Of a DNA stretch of 64,000 bases, positions 51,510 to 64,000 are shown piece after piece. The position numbers were made by a program, and so were the translations under genes. Origin of the DNA: Eledone cirrhosa (Eukaryota); contig OZ024741.1 of the NCBI GenBank assembly GCA_964016885.1, positions 333,994,001 through 334,058,000 on the forward strand. The letters run 5' to 3'. The first letter of the stretch is position 1; each line of letters begins with the position of its first letter. The notes below the pieces were generated by a model that was not told where the DNA came from, did not search any database, and saw only the letters and a program-made list of their open reading frames with translations.

Positions 51510-51720
51510 TGGATTGGCACTATCGGTAGAGCATCAGACAACATGCTTTGCAGCATATAGTTACATCTGTCCCTTTACATTCTGAGATCAAATCCTGCCA
51601 GGTTTAGCTTTGCCTTTCATCCTTTTGAGAGTCAATAAAATAAAGTACCAGTAACATACTGGGGTTGATTTAGTCAACTTCTCCCTCACCTTTAGACTTG
51701 TGCCTAAATCAAAAACCACT
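51510..51720 (+). mobile_element. SINE family A copy
   Basis: Diagnostic motifs as in the other family A copies. Confidence 0.75.
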
Positions 51721-51799
51721 ATTTTCTCCATATTTTTTTGAGGGGGGGGGGGGGGGGGGGGTTTACTGAATATCTATGTCAAAAAATTTATTATAAATT

Positions 51800-52030
51800 A
51801 CATAATGTCACATCTTTAATTTTGATTGCATCTCTATTTCTTTTCACATAATGTCACATCTTTAATTTTGATTGCATCTCTATTTCTTTTCACATAATGT
51901 CACATCTTTAATTTTGATTGCATCTCTATTTCTTTTCACATAATGTCACATCTTTAATTTTGATTGCATCTCTATTTCTTTTCACATAATGTCGCATCTT
52001 TAATTTTGATTGCATCTCTATTTCTTTTCA
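51800..52030. repeat. 46-bp tandem repeat x5
   Basis: Unit ACATAATGTCACATCTTTAATTTTGATTGCATCTCTATTTCTTTTC. Confidence 0.95.
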
Positions 52031-52614
52031 TGGAGGCGGGTTGAAATTTGATGAGGCACACTTGTATTGTATCCAAATTAGCTGAAGTATTGACGGAACA
52101 AATTGTAGACTAGCATTTGATTTTCAACAGAATCAAAAAAGTTTTCTAAAATCCAAACAAGTTGTCGTCTTAATTATTATTACCAGCCCCTTGTTCCAGT
52201 AATTGCAGAATTAGGAGTAGATTTAAGATTTAAAAAAAAATTGTATACATCATTAGTAAACATATGAGTATGGTATAGGCAAGGCAAAGCAAGTCTGATT
52301 TATGTGTATACAACAATAATTTCAAATATAGTTGAATATATCAGTTTGATTTCACGTCTGTCAGGTTAGTAATTTATCATTTCTCAAGTTGTATCAAAAT
52401 ATGCCAATGAATTGCAATAGTTTTATTTTTTGGTGATATTTTATAGTTTATATCTAATATATTCAAGAAATATAATATATCATCATCATGTATGTACATA
52501 TATATATATATATGTGTATGTATATATATATATATATGTATGTATATATATATAAATGTATATACATATACGTGTGTATATATATTTATATATATATGTA
52601 TATATACATGCACT

Positions 52615-52662
<48 letters not shown>

Positions 52663-52833
52663 AGTGCATGTATATATGCATATATATATAAATATATACA
52701 CACACACACGCACACACAAGTGCATGTATATATACATATATATATAAATATATATACACACACACGCACACACAAGTGCATGTATATATACATATATATA
52801 TAAATATATATACACACACGTATATGTATATAC

Positions 52834-52893
<60 letters not shown>

Positions 52894-53324
52894 GTGTAAA
52901 TATATATATATGTACTTTTTTTAATGTCATCAATACAACTCTAATTAGAGAATACTTCTCTACAGATGATTCAACATAAAAAAAACATAGTTTTATTGAA
53001 TCAAACTGAAAGCATTTAATTCTATTCTAAAATTCATTGAAAATTTTGAATCTATTTCTAAGAAGCAAAATGAATCACTATAAAAGACATTAATTTTCTA
53101 TAAATTTAAAATTTATTATATAACCAACTCCTTTAGAATTGAAATAATTGAGCTGGTTGAAAAATATATAAATGTTATCTAGTTATCTTCATATATGGTT
53201 TACATGACTTCAGCTTGTCTGTGAACATTTGTTAATTAAAGAAGTTAGTTTGGCTAAATAAATGAAGTCTGTAATGGACTTGTGAGAGACTAGACTGGAA
53301 GTTATACACAAGCTACAATTGTGG

Positions 53325-53640
53325 GAACCAACTCACGGGAGACGCAGTAGAGGAAGACTCACTCGAACATTCATTGATCAACTCTCAAATGATACTGAGT
53401 AAGGAGCAGTTGCCAGGAGTAATGGAAAATTGTGAATTGTGGGGAGACTTTGTCAGGAATATTTGACTGGTTGCAGTGATGATGATGATGATATATATGT
53501 GTGTATATTGTGGGAACCAATAGAGGAAAACATACTTGAATCTTCATCAGTTAACTCTCATTATACAAACCACAGTGGGGAGCAGTTGCCAGGAGCAATA
53601 GACAGGAATATTTGACTGTGGTCGCAATGATTATGATGAT
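53325..53640 (+). mobile_element. Two tandem RTE-like 3' end remnants
   Basis: LWEPTHGRRSRGRLTRTFIDQL..., with (GAT)n tails at ~53480 and ~53635. Confidence 0.6.
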
Positions 53641-53879
53641 CAGTTAGAGATAGTATTAGTATTAGGCAGACTCATTAGTTCATAAGACAGAATATCATTT
53701 GGTATATGTTCAAGCACTCTGCACACTGAATTCAAATGTCACCAAAGTCAACTTTGCTTATCTTTTTGGGAGTCAACCTACCTATGTCAGTGGATTAGCA
53801 GAATTGCTAGAACACTTTGCATTCTGAGTCAAAATCTGCCTTCAGATTCCACCCAGCAATGACCAGGGCTCCTCTCTCA

Positions 53880-54235
53880 CAACTGATTATTATGAAAGGT
53901 GCAATGAGTAGAGGAGGATTGGAGCTATCTACTACTGCAATCAAATGATGATGATGATACAGGGCTAATCACCTACAGTGGGTGTAATGGGAGGATTGGA
54001 GTTATCTGCTACCATAGTCAAATGACGATGATGATACAGGGCTAACCACCTACAATGGGTGTAGTAGAATTGGAGCTGTCTGTTACTGTAGTCAATGATA
54101 ATGATGATACAGGGCTAATCACCCATCTGCAGGAACAATTGATTATGAAAGCTGCAATGAATGGAAGGATAGTGAACATCTGCTATTACGGTTGAACAAC
54201 AATGATGACGGTGATGATGATAGAGCACTAATCAT
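53880..54235. repeat. Degenerate ~75-bp tandem repeat
   Basis: Recurring ggattggagctatct...atgatgatacagggctaatcacc. Confidence 0.7.
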
Positions 54236-55459
54236 CAATTGGGTAGAGGAAAAGTATTGTGGTTGGCCATCAACTACTGTAGTTAAATGAAGATAATGAG
54301 TTACTTAGGATAAATTATGACAATCACTCATTCAGAAGAGAATAGGAATAATGGAATCAATAAGGTAATAGACAAACAAAGAAAGAATCACTAGCCTTCG
54401 AGGTCACAATTAGGCCATTTTATATATACATATAAAAATAAAAATCAGAAAAATCAGATTCTGCACTTTGAAGTATATTTTATGATAAAAACTCCATTTT
54501 CAAATCTATTTATTTTTAATTTAACGAAAATAAAATAAAATAAAGAGGAAATAAAAAATTACCACTTTCATGGTCAGAATGATGTTATCCCATGATGCAT
54601 TACAAAATAAATTGCCTGAAAATGATGAGAAAGGAATTGATAATTCAGTTTTAATGAAATATTTCTAGAGAAGACAAATGCTGGCAATTTGTAATAAACC
54701 TAATTTTAAGCTTAACTGATCAAAGGCCATTGTTATCTTTTTAAAAAGGTTAGTTAGATTATTATCATTTATCTGTGAATTTCGAAAAGGAAAAAACAAA
54801 ACAAACAGACCCAGGCATAGTTATGTGGTTACAAAAATTTGCTTTGCAACCATGTGAGGTTGTGTGCTCAATTTCCCTGACCGAGCAATGTGTTATGTCC
54901 TTGAGAAAGACACTTTATTTCTCATTGCTCTTTCTGCCAATAGTTGTGACCGGTAGATATTATCAGCAATGGAAAGACCAATGGAAACTTCTTTCCTTGG
55001 TCAGTGGTCTGATTTGACGAGTTCCACTCCACTCAGTAAGTGGATGAGGTCTGGGATCTTATCAATTGATTCGATTGATTCGATTGATTGATTGATCAAG
55101 TTTGTTCCCAATGTCTTCTACTATAACCTAGGACTGACTTATGACTTGAGAGAAATTTAGTAGACTGGTGTTTATTTATGTCCTGTAACTTAACAGTTCA
55201 GCAAACAGATCAATGAAATAAGTACCAGCACTAAATATTATGTACTCAGGTCAATATGTTCAGCAAAACTCTTGAAGGCTGTGGCTTTAACATAGCAGAA
55301 GTTCAGCGACAACTGCCTACACTACCAGCACAATGACTGAAACCAGTAAAAGAAAACAAAACTAAACAAAAATTTAATATTTATATTATACATCAATGTT
55401 TGTTGGGATGAGGAATAGTTTAACCCTTTTAGCAACCTCCATAGGTACAAATATGGCTA

Positions 55460-56300
55460 TTCATCCCTTTTGTTTGCTACATGGCAGTGAGACATGGGCA
55501 TTGCATGCAGAGGACCTGCACAGACTAGAAAGGAACAAAGCATGCATGCTCCGTTGGATGTGTAATAGTAATATACGTGAACGCCAAAACATAAATGAAC
55601 TAAGTGAGAAATTAGTAATAAGAGGGATCAGATGCTGTTTACTTGAGAGAAGACTACGTTGGTATGGCCATGTGAGGCGCATGAAAGACGACAGCTGTAT
55701 AAAAAAGTGCAGGGCGATCCAAATTGATGGTAGTTACAGAGTAAGTAGACCCAGAAAAACCTGGGACGATCTGATAAATTCCGACCTTACACATTTGCAC
55801 CTCTCTAAGACAGTGTCACTGGACCGAGATCTTTGGCGCTATGCAGTAATACAGAAGACCCTCCTTGCCTATGTACAAAGCAAAACCTACAGTCAGTAGG
55901 CACCTCTTAACCAAATATACACCCCAATCCACTACCCCTACCCTATCCTCCCACTCCCACCAACACCACCCTCTCTCTGTAAAGTTGGTACCACAACATC
56001 CAGTCCAAATAAATGAGATAATGAGATCGAGATCGTGTAGGTGTCACAACAAAAAAAACACAGTCCACGCTGTAATGTGGCCGTGTAGGTAACACGGTAA
56101 AAAGTTCCCAGTTCCACACTGTAAATGTGGTTGGTGAAAGGAAGGGCATCCAGCCATAGAAAACCTGCCAGATAGTCCTATATGAGCGAGACACTGTCAC
56201 CCGACCGACCTTGCCTCAAGTGGGACAATTCCCGTCTAACCCATGTTAGCGTGGAAGATGGACGTTAAACAACGATGATGATGATGATGATGATGATGAT
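55460..56300 (+). mobile_element. RTE-clade LINE 3' portion (ORF C-terminus, 3'UTR, (GAT)n tail)
   Basis: LLHGSETWAL..LERNKACMLRWMC..RRLRWYGHVRRM..RPRKTWDDLI, stop at 55899. Confidence 0.88.
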
Positions 56301-56906
56301 TTCTCATGAATAACACTATTATGATCTACAAATCATTTTGAAACTAATTAAGAATTTGGAGGGATTTGGTAAAATAACTTTCATTATCAACCTGTTGTTT
56401 GGAGCATAACTTAAAAGTTCTTACATAATGCGAGAGTAAATACCTGCCGGTGTGTATACATGCAAGTGTATATACATTGAGTGTAATATACATGTGGGTG
56501 AAATATACATGCAAGTGTATATACATGTGAGTGTATATACATGTGTATGAGGGTTATACACATGTATATGCACTCATAGGCTGACTATAAAGGAATAATG
56601 CTAGAGTTGTGAAATCATGAATACATAAATTTCAACTTTTCTTAGCTGCATTGTTTCTTTCCAGGGAATATGTTGAAAAATAAACCTCATTTGGTAATTC
56701 CATGTGAGTATCTTAGTTCGCTTATGAACTTTCCAATCGTCCCTCATATATACATGTGTGTGTATATACATGCATGTGTGGGTATACTGGTCAATAATTC
56801 CACATGACATTTCAAAAGATAAACAAATATTTAAAGTAATCTAATAAAATAACTTTCTTGTTATGAAGTTGGTGTTTAAAGTATAACTTAAGATTTCTTC
56901 CATATA

Positions 56907-57086
56907 TTGTATATACTCGAATATAAGCTAAGGAATATGTGACAAAAAAATTCAAGGGTAGAAGGTGGTGGGTGTTGGTTATATTTAATTTTCACCAACT
57001 TCAAATTCTACATAAATAAGGTTCAGATTTTTGCACAATTCTCAAACATAAAATAGTCGGATCAGCTTATATTCGAGTATATATGG
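56907..57086. mobile_element. Tc1/mariner-pogo-type MITE
   Basis: TIRs ttgtatatactcgaatataagct / agcttatattcgagtatatatgg with flanking TA dinucleotides. Confidence 0.75.
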
Positions 57087-57902
57087 TAATTAAAACTGAA
57101 GATTTTTAGAAAAATATAAATATGTTAAAATAAACAGTTTTGTATCATAACCAAGGCTGGCTTCAGGAGATTTAGTAATAAAAAGGTTAGAAAATTTGGC
57201 ATTCTTAGATTTCAAAAAATATCATTGTCTTCATTTCCTTATCTATTCATATAATGATAATTAATAAGTAATTTCCAATAATCTCTCTGGATTTGTTTAG
57301 TCATCAGAAATGTCCACATTCCCCAAAGAATGCTGTGAATAAATGAATGGCTGATAGCCAGGAATTTTGGTTCCCCTTGGTTTCATTCCTCCCAGAGGTG
57401 ATGTTAGAGTGGATGATTGTTTAATAAAAACAAATGCTGTTTGTTTTGGATACATTATATTGTTCAGTAGTTGACATTCAGTGAAATTATCACACCACAA
57501 AAATAATTAGCATAATGTCAACTATATCAGAAGAGACAGAAAATATCTTTTGAAATTTCATATGGAACTGTGTGTGTGCGCGTGTGTGTGTGTGTGTGTG
57601 TGTGCGCGTGCGTGTGTGTGTGCATTTATATATAGAGAGAAAAAGAGAGAGGAGGGGTATGAGGGAGGGTTGTTACAGACCAAGTTAACAACCCATCCAA
57701 CCCATGATAGCAGGAAAATGGATGTTAAATGATGATGACCATATACACACTTGTGTGTGTGTTATGCATAAACACATTATAAGCATCTCACTCTCAGTAT
57801 ATATATAATCACTTCTGTGTCTACATATGCATACATTTACACACATCACATACAATAATGTAAATAAAAGACAAAACATGCACAGACAAAAAACATATAT
57901 GT

Positions 57903-57943
<41 letters not shown>

Positions 57944-58359
57944 CATACATACGCTTGACAGTTATTACATTTGGGAAAGAAAACTGGGGGGCAGGGACAA
58001 AAATTGGAAACTGTAAATTCCTCTGAGAGAAGATTTATAGATGAACAATTCAACAATACGGTGAAATGAGACCAAACATCAACATGACAATTTTAGATTT
58101 TCGTGTATTTTATTTGCTTATATTCTGCATAAATAATTCAATATGTAAAATGGAACTCTGATCTTTTGTCATGGATCAGCCTGCTATATACTGACAGTTT
58201 GCAACACTGCAAAATGTAAAGTTTTAGCATAAATGACAATGAGATTCATTAAACATCCTTAATAACCCCATAATCATTGACAGGTCATTGGCATTTTGAC
58301 TGATTGCTGACCCAAATCAGATTGATCTCTTTTAATATGAGGGACTTGAGTGTTAAGGT

Positions 58360-58700
58360 TCATCATCATCATCATTTCATTTTATGTCCGCTTTTACCCT
58401 GCTTGCAAGGGTGGGACGGGAAGTGATTCTGGCTTGATTTCTACAGCTGGATGCCCTTCCTAACACCAACCTCATTTACAGTGAGTGCTGGGTGCTTTTT
58501 TGCCGTGGCACCTCCACGACCACTTTGCAGTGGAATGATAGGGACCCAAGTCCCTATCATCTCATTTCTACAGCTGAGTAAACTGGAGCAATGTGAAATA
58601 AAGTGTCTTACTCAAGGAAACAACACATCACCTGGTCTGAGAATTGAACTCACAACCTTTCGATTGCAAAGCCAATGCTCTAGCCACTAAGCCATGTTCC
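58360..58700 (-). mobile_element. SINE family B copy
   Basis: Near-identical to 45880-46300 but with fewer internal repeats. Confidence 0.85.
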
Positions 58701-59939
58701 CTGTTGGTGATAATTGGAAAAATATTGAAAAAATTGTATCCATTAACTTCAATCCTTTCGGTACCAACTAGCTCCAAACTGGCTTTGGTTCTATGAATGG
58801 ATCCAACCATTTTAAAAGGGTTCCTATTTGATTTTATAACATCCAACATAATCTTACGTAAGAACAATTCCATGTGCAAAACACAGCCAAAAGCAGATCA
58901 GATTCTATGAAGAGAGCCAACACTTTTAAAAAGGTTCCTATTTGAATTTTAAACTTCCATTATAATCTTATGTAAGAACAATCCTATGTGCAACACAGAC
59001 TTTCCCTGTCATTCATCATTCAACCCTTTTTATACTAACTCACAAAATCTTGCTCTAGTTCTATGAGGAGAGCCAACCATTTTGAATGGTACTATTTAAA
59101 TTCAACTCTTCCAACATGATTTTATACAAGAATCATATGTTATATGAGAACCATATGTTAAGTTAATATCTTCTTTTTCTTCTTCTTTGCCCACTTATTC
59201 CTCGTTTGTTTTAAAGTATACATATTTATCTAAAAATCTTTTAACAGGATTATATGTAACAAACCTTGTTAAGTTATGTTCCCAATACCAACTTCATGTA
59301 AAAGTTAGTTAAATTACTAAATTCTTGATTATTTTCAAAATTATTTAGAAATCGTTGACAGTATCTTTCATTAGAAATATATTGAAAGAGTTAACCAAAC
59401 GTATTAATAGGGATGGGGACTGTGACAAAGGTGATACCAAGGACTTATTCCTTGAGGAACACACTATATTAGTTTTTAATCTCAGGGTGTCACCAGTTTA
59501 AAATAGGTACACTGTATCCCTGTGTCATCAGCACCATATTAGACATTGGTGGTCTAGGGTAGTTCAAGCTTGGGGGGCCCAGGGCAGTTCAGGTTTAGAA
59601 GGCATGGGAAAGTTCAGGTTTGGAGAGAGCCCAGGGCTATTCCTAGAGGATGCCTGTTTGAAAAGGGATGCTCAGGGTATTCACCCCTCCACTCCTCATA
59701 AATCTGGCCCTGTGTGTCACAAGAAGTGACTAAAAGGGTTGGTGTCATGAAGGACATCTGGCTGTAAAAAAATCCCATCGAACCCATGCCAGCATGGACA
59801 AGTTGATGTAAAAACAATGATGACGATCCTGTAAAAAAGTTAGCAGAAAATATCCTTTAAAAAATAATTGGTTTCATATTTGAAATAAGATTAATGTGTT
59901 TGCTAGTGGAAAAATCATTGTGAAAACTTACAGTATTAA

Positions 59940-60158
59940 CCCTTTACGATTTACATTACTCTATATTTACTATTGTATTTTCACGGTAAACACTTTTTCT
60001 CATAATTATCTCGCATAATATAGAATCTACAAGATTTTGATATTATTTATTTTGAGAACAATACCTTAACATCAGTATGAGTAGCCAGTTACAGCCGGTT
60101 TGAACAGGAAGAGGTGAGGGAATTATGGTTGGATATGGCCGGTTTAAATGCTAAAGGG
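59940..60158. mobile_element. piggyBac-type MITE
   Basis: TTAA|CCCTTTAcgATTTA ... TAAATGCTAAAGGG|TTAA. Confidence 0.85.
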
Positions 60159-60274
60159 TTAAAGTAAAGATTTTGTTTTCAATATAATGCAGTCATTGTG
60201 CTGTTTTGTACTTTTAAAGAATGACTGGGTAATATGGTTTCATGTGTTGGAGAACATTAAGAGTTAATAATAAT

Positions 60275-60490
60275 GTTTTCCGATTTTCTGAGGCACATGC
60301 AAACAATTTTGGAGGAGAGGAAAGTAGATTAAATCAAACCCCGGGGAGTTTCTAGAAATTTATTTTATCAACCATTTAAAAGATGAAAGGCAAAGCTATA
60401 ACATGAGCAGGATTTGAACTCAGAACATAAAGGGCCATAACTGTATGCTGCAAAGCATATTGTTCGATGCTATACTGATACTGCTGCCAA
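60275..60490 (-). mobile_element. SINE family A copy
   Basis: gatgaaaggcaaagcta..ggatttgaactcagaacataaaggg. Confidence 0.75.
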
Positions 60491-60926
60491 TAATAATAAT
60501 AAGAGACTTTGTTTATTTTCTCATACAAATAGATATTTTAATTGAATGTTTTAATGGATCTTTCTATTAAAAGAGCTACATAATTGTTGCAGAAGATTTA
60601 AAATTTCCTCATCGTAACATTATATTTAAAAGGCACACTGACATTTCTCTCTTACAAAACACATCATCCATAGATTTATTTCAAAAACAAACCAGCTAAA
60701 TTTATCGGGGGAAAATACATATAAATAGGAACTGACAAATAAGAACTTAGAATAGCTTCCTGTATAGTAATTACGTAACAGAATAAAATGTTATTCTGAA
60801 AACATGACAAACATTTCAGAATGTTTTAAAACCATTTTTGTCCATTATATTATTCCCTGATAACTGACAGAAAATAACATTAGGTTTTTCATGTGAAAGA
60901 AATTAACACAAAATAAAAAAAAGAAG

Positions 60927-60996
<70 letters not shown>

Positions 60997-61224
60997 AATA
61001 AAAAAACAACAACAAAGTGAATTTGAATCAAATTCAATCTAAAAGATATATTTCAACTGCAACATAGAGGCACCTCATCTGAATACTTGGCTTAGATTTA
61101 AATTATGGCATGTTTTTTTTTTACAAAATTCACATAAAATATTTATATATTATATAATATATAATAATATAATGTTCAAAAATGCTTATATACATACCTA
61201 TATATATATATACACACATATATG

Positions 61225-61255
<31 letters not shown>

Positions 61256-61256
61256 G

Positions 61257-61287
<31 letters not shown>

Positions 61288-61288
61288 G

Positions 61289-61339
<51 letters not shown>

Positions 61340-61908
61340 ATATATATGTGTCCATGTCCATGAAAGTGTTCATGTGTATGTGCATATGTATTTTAGTAAA
61401 ATAATATTTTTAAAAAGAAAACAAAAGAGAAGAATTGTTTTCTGTAATATTGCTATGAATAAAATAGCTAAATGGTATTTCTTGAAGCATTCAATGGTTA
61501 AATGGCTTTGTAGGCTGCAGTTATCTGCCACATTTAAGTATTTAAATGGAATTAAAAAAGAATTGTTTCTTGGAAGATTTCCAAATCATTGACTTGTATT
61601 CCAAATATAATCCTCTATTAGATAGGTTTTTACTATGGAAATCACAGACACCATTGCCACTTATTACTGAACAATTTCTTCACAATACACAAAATCCCAA
61701 TAAAATTATTCTTTGAAGGTATAAAATCACTTTTATTATTCTCTTTTTTTTTTTGTTTTCCACAAGTTCAGTCCACCCCCTGCCCACCCAACCTATTTAT
61801 ATTCGAAAAAATATAGATAAATAAATGAATAAATATATTAAATTAAACAGATGAATATATGTTTATGTAAATATATCTTATACATGTACACACATGTGTG
61901 TGTGTGTG

Positions 61909-61940
<32 letters not shown>

Positions 61941-62538
61941 AATATATAGAGGGAAAGAGACAGAGTTTCATGTTAACATATATATATATTTATATATACA
62001 TGCACATATGAATGTGTGCATGTGTAAGATATATTTACATAAATGTATTTGATTGAATATATTCAACAACATATACATACACATATATATATATAGACAC
62101 ACACACACCTGTGTGTGTGTGTGTGTGCGTGTGTGAGTGTGTGTGTGTGTTTCTGTGCATCTGTGAATGTCAGGTCATTCTTCATTGTTATGTGTAATAT
62201 GTAACCCAGGCCAAGCTGTTGCATGGTTGGGTCATTAGTGACTTAACCAACAAACCTAACAAACCCACCAGTCCTGGCTGGTTAGGAGGAAGAATTTTTG
62301 ATACTTTCAGAGATAAAAAACAAAACCATATCAAAGTATGGAGGATCTTATAAGAGTCAACAGTCATCCAATAGGGTGTATATATATATATACATGCGTA
62401 TATATGCTTGTGTGTATATATATATATGTATATTTACATATTTATATAAATACATAAGACAATGATACTCTTCTTTAAAATCTGCAGTGTTTGTAGTCTA
62501 TGGCCATCTTGCTTTGATGTTGCTTGTTGTGAGCTTAA

Positions 62539-62770
62539 CCCTTTAGCATTTGCATTACTTTCTATATATACTATGGTATTTTTGTGATAAAGGCTTTATC
62601 TTGCATAAGTATCTCACATCATATCGAATCTCACATAATATCGAGATTTTGATGTTATTTATTCTGAGAACAATACCTTAACGTCAGTATGAGTGGCCAG
62701 TTATGGCCAGTTTGAAAAGAAAGAGGTAAGGGAATTCTGTCTGCATACGGTTAGTTTAAATGTTAAAAGG
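62539..62770. mobile_element. piggyBac-type MITE, same family as 59940-60158
   Basis: TTAA|CCCTTTAGCATTT ... AAATGTTAAAAGG|TTAA; shared interior gagaacaataccttaac.tcagtatgagt. Confidence 0.85.
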
Positions 62771-63239
62771 TTAACAGCTCAAAACTATCAGAGAGTTGCT
62801 TTTGTGACACACAAGCATTTATCACTATAAAATCCAATGTGTAACAACCATCTATATCTAAATTTTCATTAACTGTCCACCCCATCCAGTGCAAAGTATC
62901 CCGATCACGGATATCTTAGAGCCACATGCAATTCATAGACCTTTTATTGTAGTGATCTGATTATCATGTGCACCGTTGACAATGAAACATCACCACTTCT
63001 ATAGTCGTATCACTTAAAAAATATGGTATAGGTAAAACAAAAAAAGCAGCAACAATTCTTCAGTTGCTGTGTCTTGTAGACATGGTCCAGTAACTACTGA
63101 TGGAGTCATTTGGGTGCCATTCTATGGCATTTTAAAGCCTGGTGGAGTCCATCCTTCTCTAGGCCCGAGTACAGCAGATTTCTTCCAGAGAAGAATAGAA
63201 AGTGAGATAGAGAGAGGAAGTGAGAAACAGATATATAAG

Positions 63240-63400
63240 AAGAATCAACCCCAGTACTAGACTAATACTTTTTTTTATCGACCCCGAATGGGTGAAAGGT
63301 AAATTTGACCTTGGCAGGATTTGAACTCAGAAAGTAGAGTGTTGGAACAAATACGACCACACACTCCATCCAACGTTTTAATGATAGCCAATTCGCCACC
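63240..63400 (-). mobile_element. SINE family A-related copy
   Basis: ttatcgaccccgaatgggtgaaagg..ggatttgaactcag..gccaattcgccacc. Confidence 0.75.
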
Positions 63401-63787
63401 TTGCTGTGTCTTACATTGTGGAGAAACTTGGTTATTATTTCTAGTAGGGTGTTCCCAACTGTTTTTACTACAAAGGAGTGCTAATACTAAAGTGGAGCAT
63501 CAATCTTGAACCCACCCATCTCTGAGGGTCAACAAAGACCTGAAGCACAAACCAAACCATTAATAAAAAGTATTGAATTTGTAAATCAAATACGAAAGAG
63601 TATTTTCTTTACACACCAGCTAAATAACATTAATGAGTAAAATGTTTTCAAAAAGATCTTTTTTTTTAACCATGTATATTCTAAAGCAGAGATCAGCAAT
63701 AGTGGGACTGCTGTCCTCCGGCAAGTCTTTGCAGGCCTTGGATATTTCAAATTTATATATGAAAAATATGATATAATAGAATATAAC

Positions 63788-64000
63788 AATGATTTCTGAT
63801 TTAGGAACAAAGCCTGTAAATTGAGGGAGGGGAAAGTCGATTGAATCGACCCCAGTGTGTGACTGGTACTTTATTTTATTGACCTGCATAAGGATGAATG
63901 GCAAAGCTAACCTTGGCGGGATTTTGAATTCAGAATGTAAAGGGCCATAATTATGTTGCAAAGCATGGTGTCCAACACTCTACTGATACTGCCAACACCA
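63788..64000 (-). mobile_element. SINE family A copy
   Basis: Diagnostic motifs; runs to the window end. Confidence 0.8.

Noticed and set aside
57290-57310. Isolated CTGATGA matches (also ~1899, 1945, 4732, 6630)
   Set aside because: No stem II plus GAAA plus UH arrangement follows them.
61862-62043. 19-bp inverted repeat tttatgtaaatatatctta / taagatatatttacataaa
   Set aside because: Short, AT-rich and in low-complexity sequence; it cannot be assigned as a MITE or fold-back.

Overview
AT-rich, microsatellite-saturated animal intergenic or intronic DNA. The SINE families and repeat landscape suggest a cephalopod, probably Octopus (inference). No host protein-coding exon, rRNA, tRNA gene or CRISPR array can be supported, and nearly all ORFs in the track are microsatellite artefacts. 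The window holds a decayed CR1-clade LINE (13.6-16.4 kb, -), a Penelope-like GIY-YIG fragment (21.5-22.85 kb, -), a full-length but disrupted Tx1/L1-clade LINE (24.4-29.9 kb, -) and a young 5'-truncated copy of the same LINE (31.7-33.5 kb, +, 10-bp TSD). It also holds RTE 3' fragments, many tRNA-derived SINEs, piggyBac-type and Tc1/pogo-type MITEs, and two large minisatellites (40-bp and 23-bp units). Most notable observations: (i) five minimal type-I hammerhead ribozyme motifs, two of them in a short non-coding (TA)n-associated element family ending ATGACCCTCCC; (ii) an in-frame TGA at a probable Trp position shared by both Tx1 copies, which together form a 1.8-kb inverted repeat; (iii) recurrent fold-back palindromes centred on (TA)n; (iv) a quasi-palindromic 23-bp satellite. 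All alignments and folds were done by eye, and coordinates of decayed elements are approximate.
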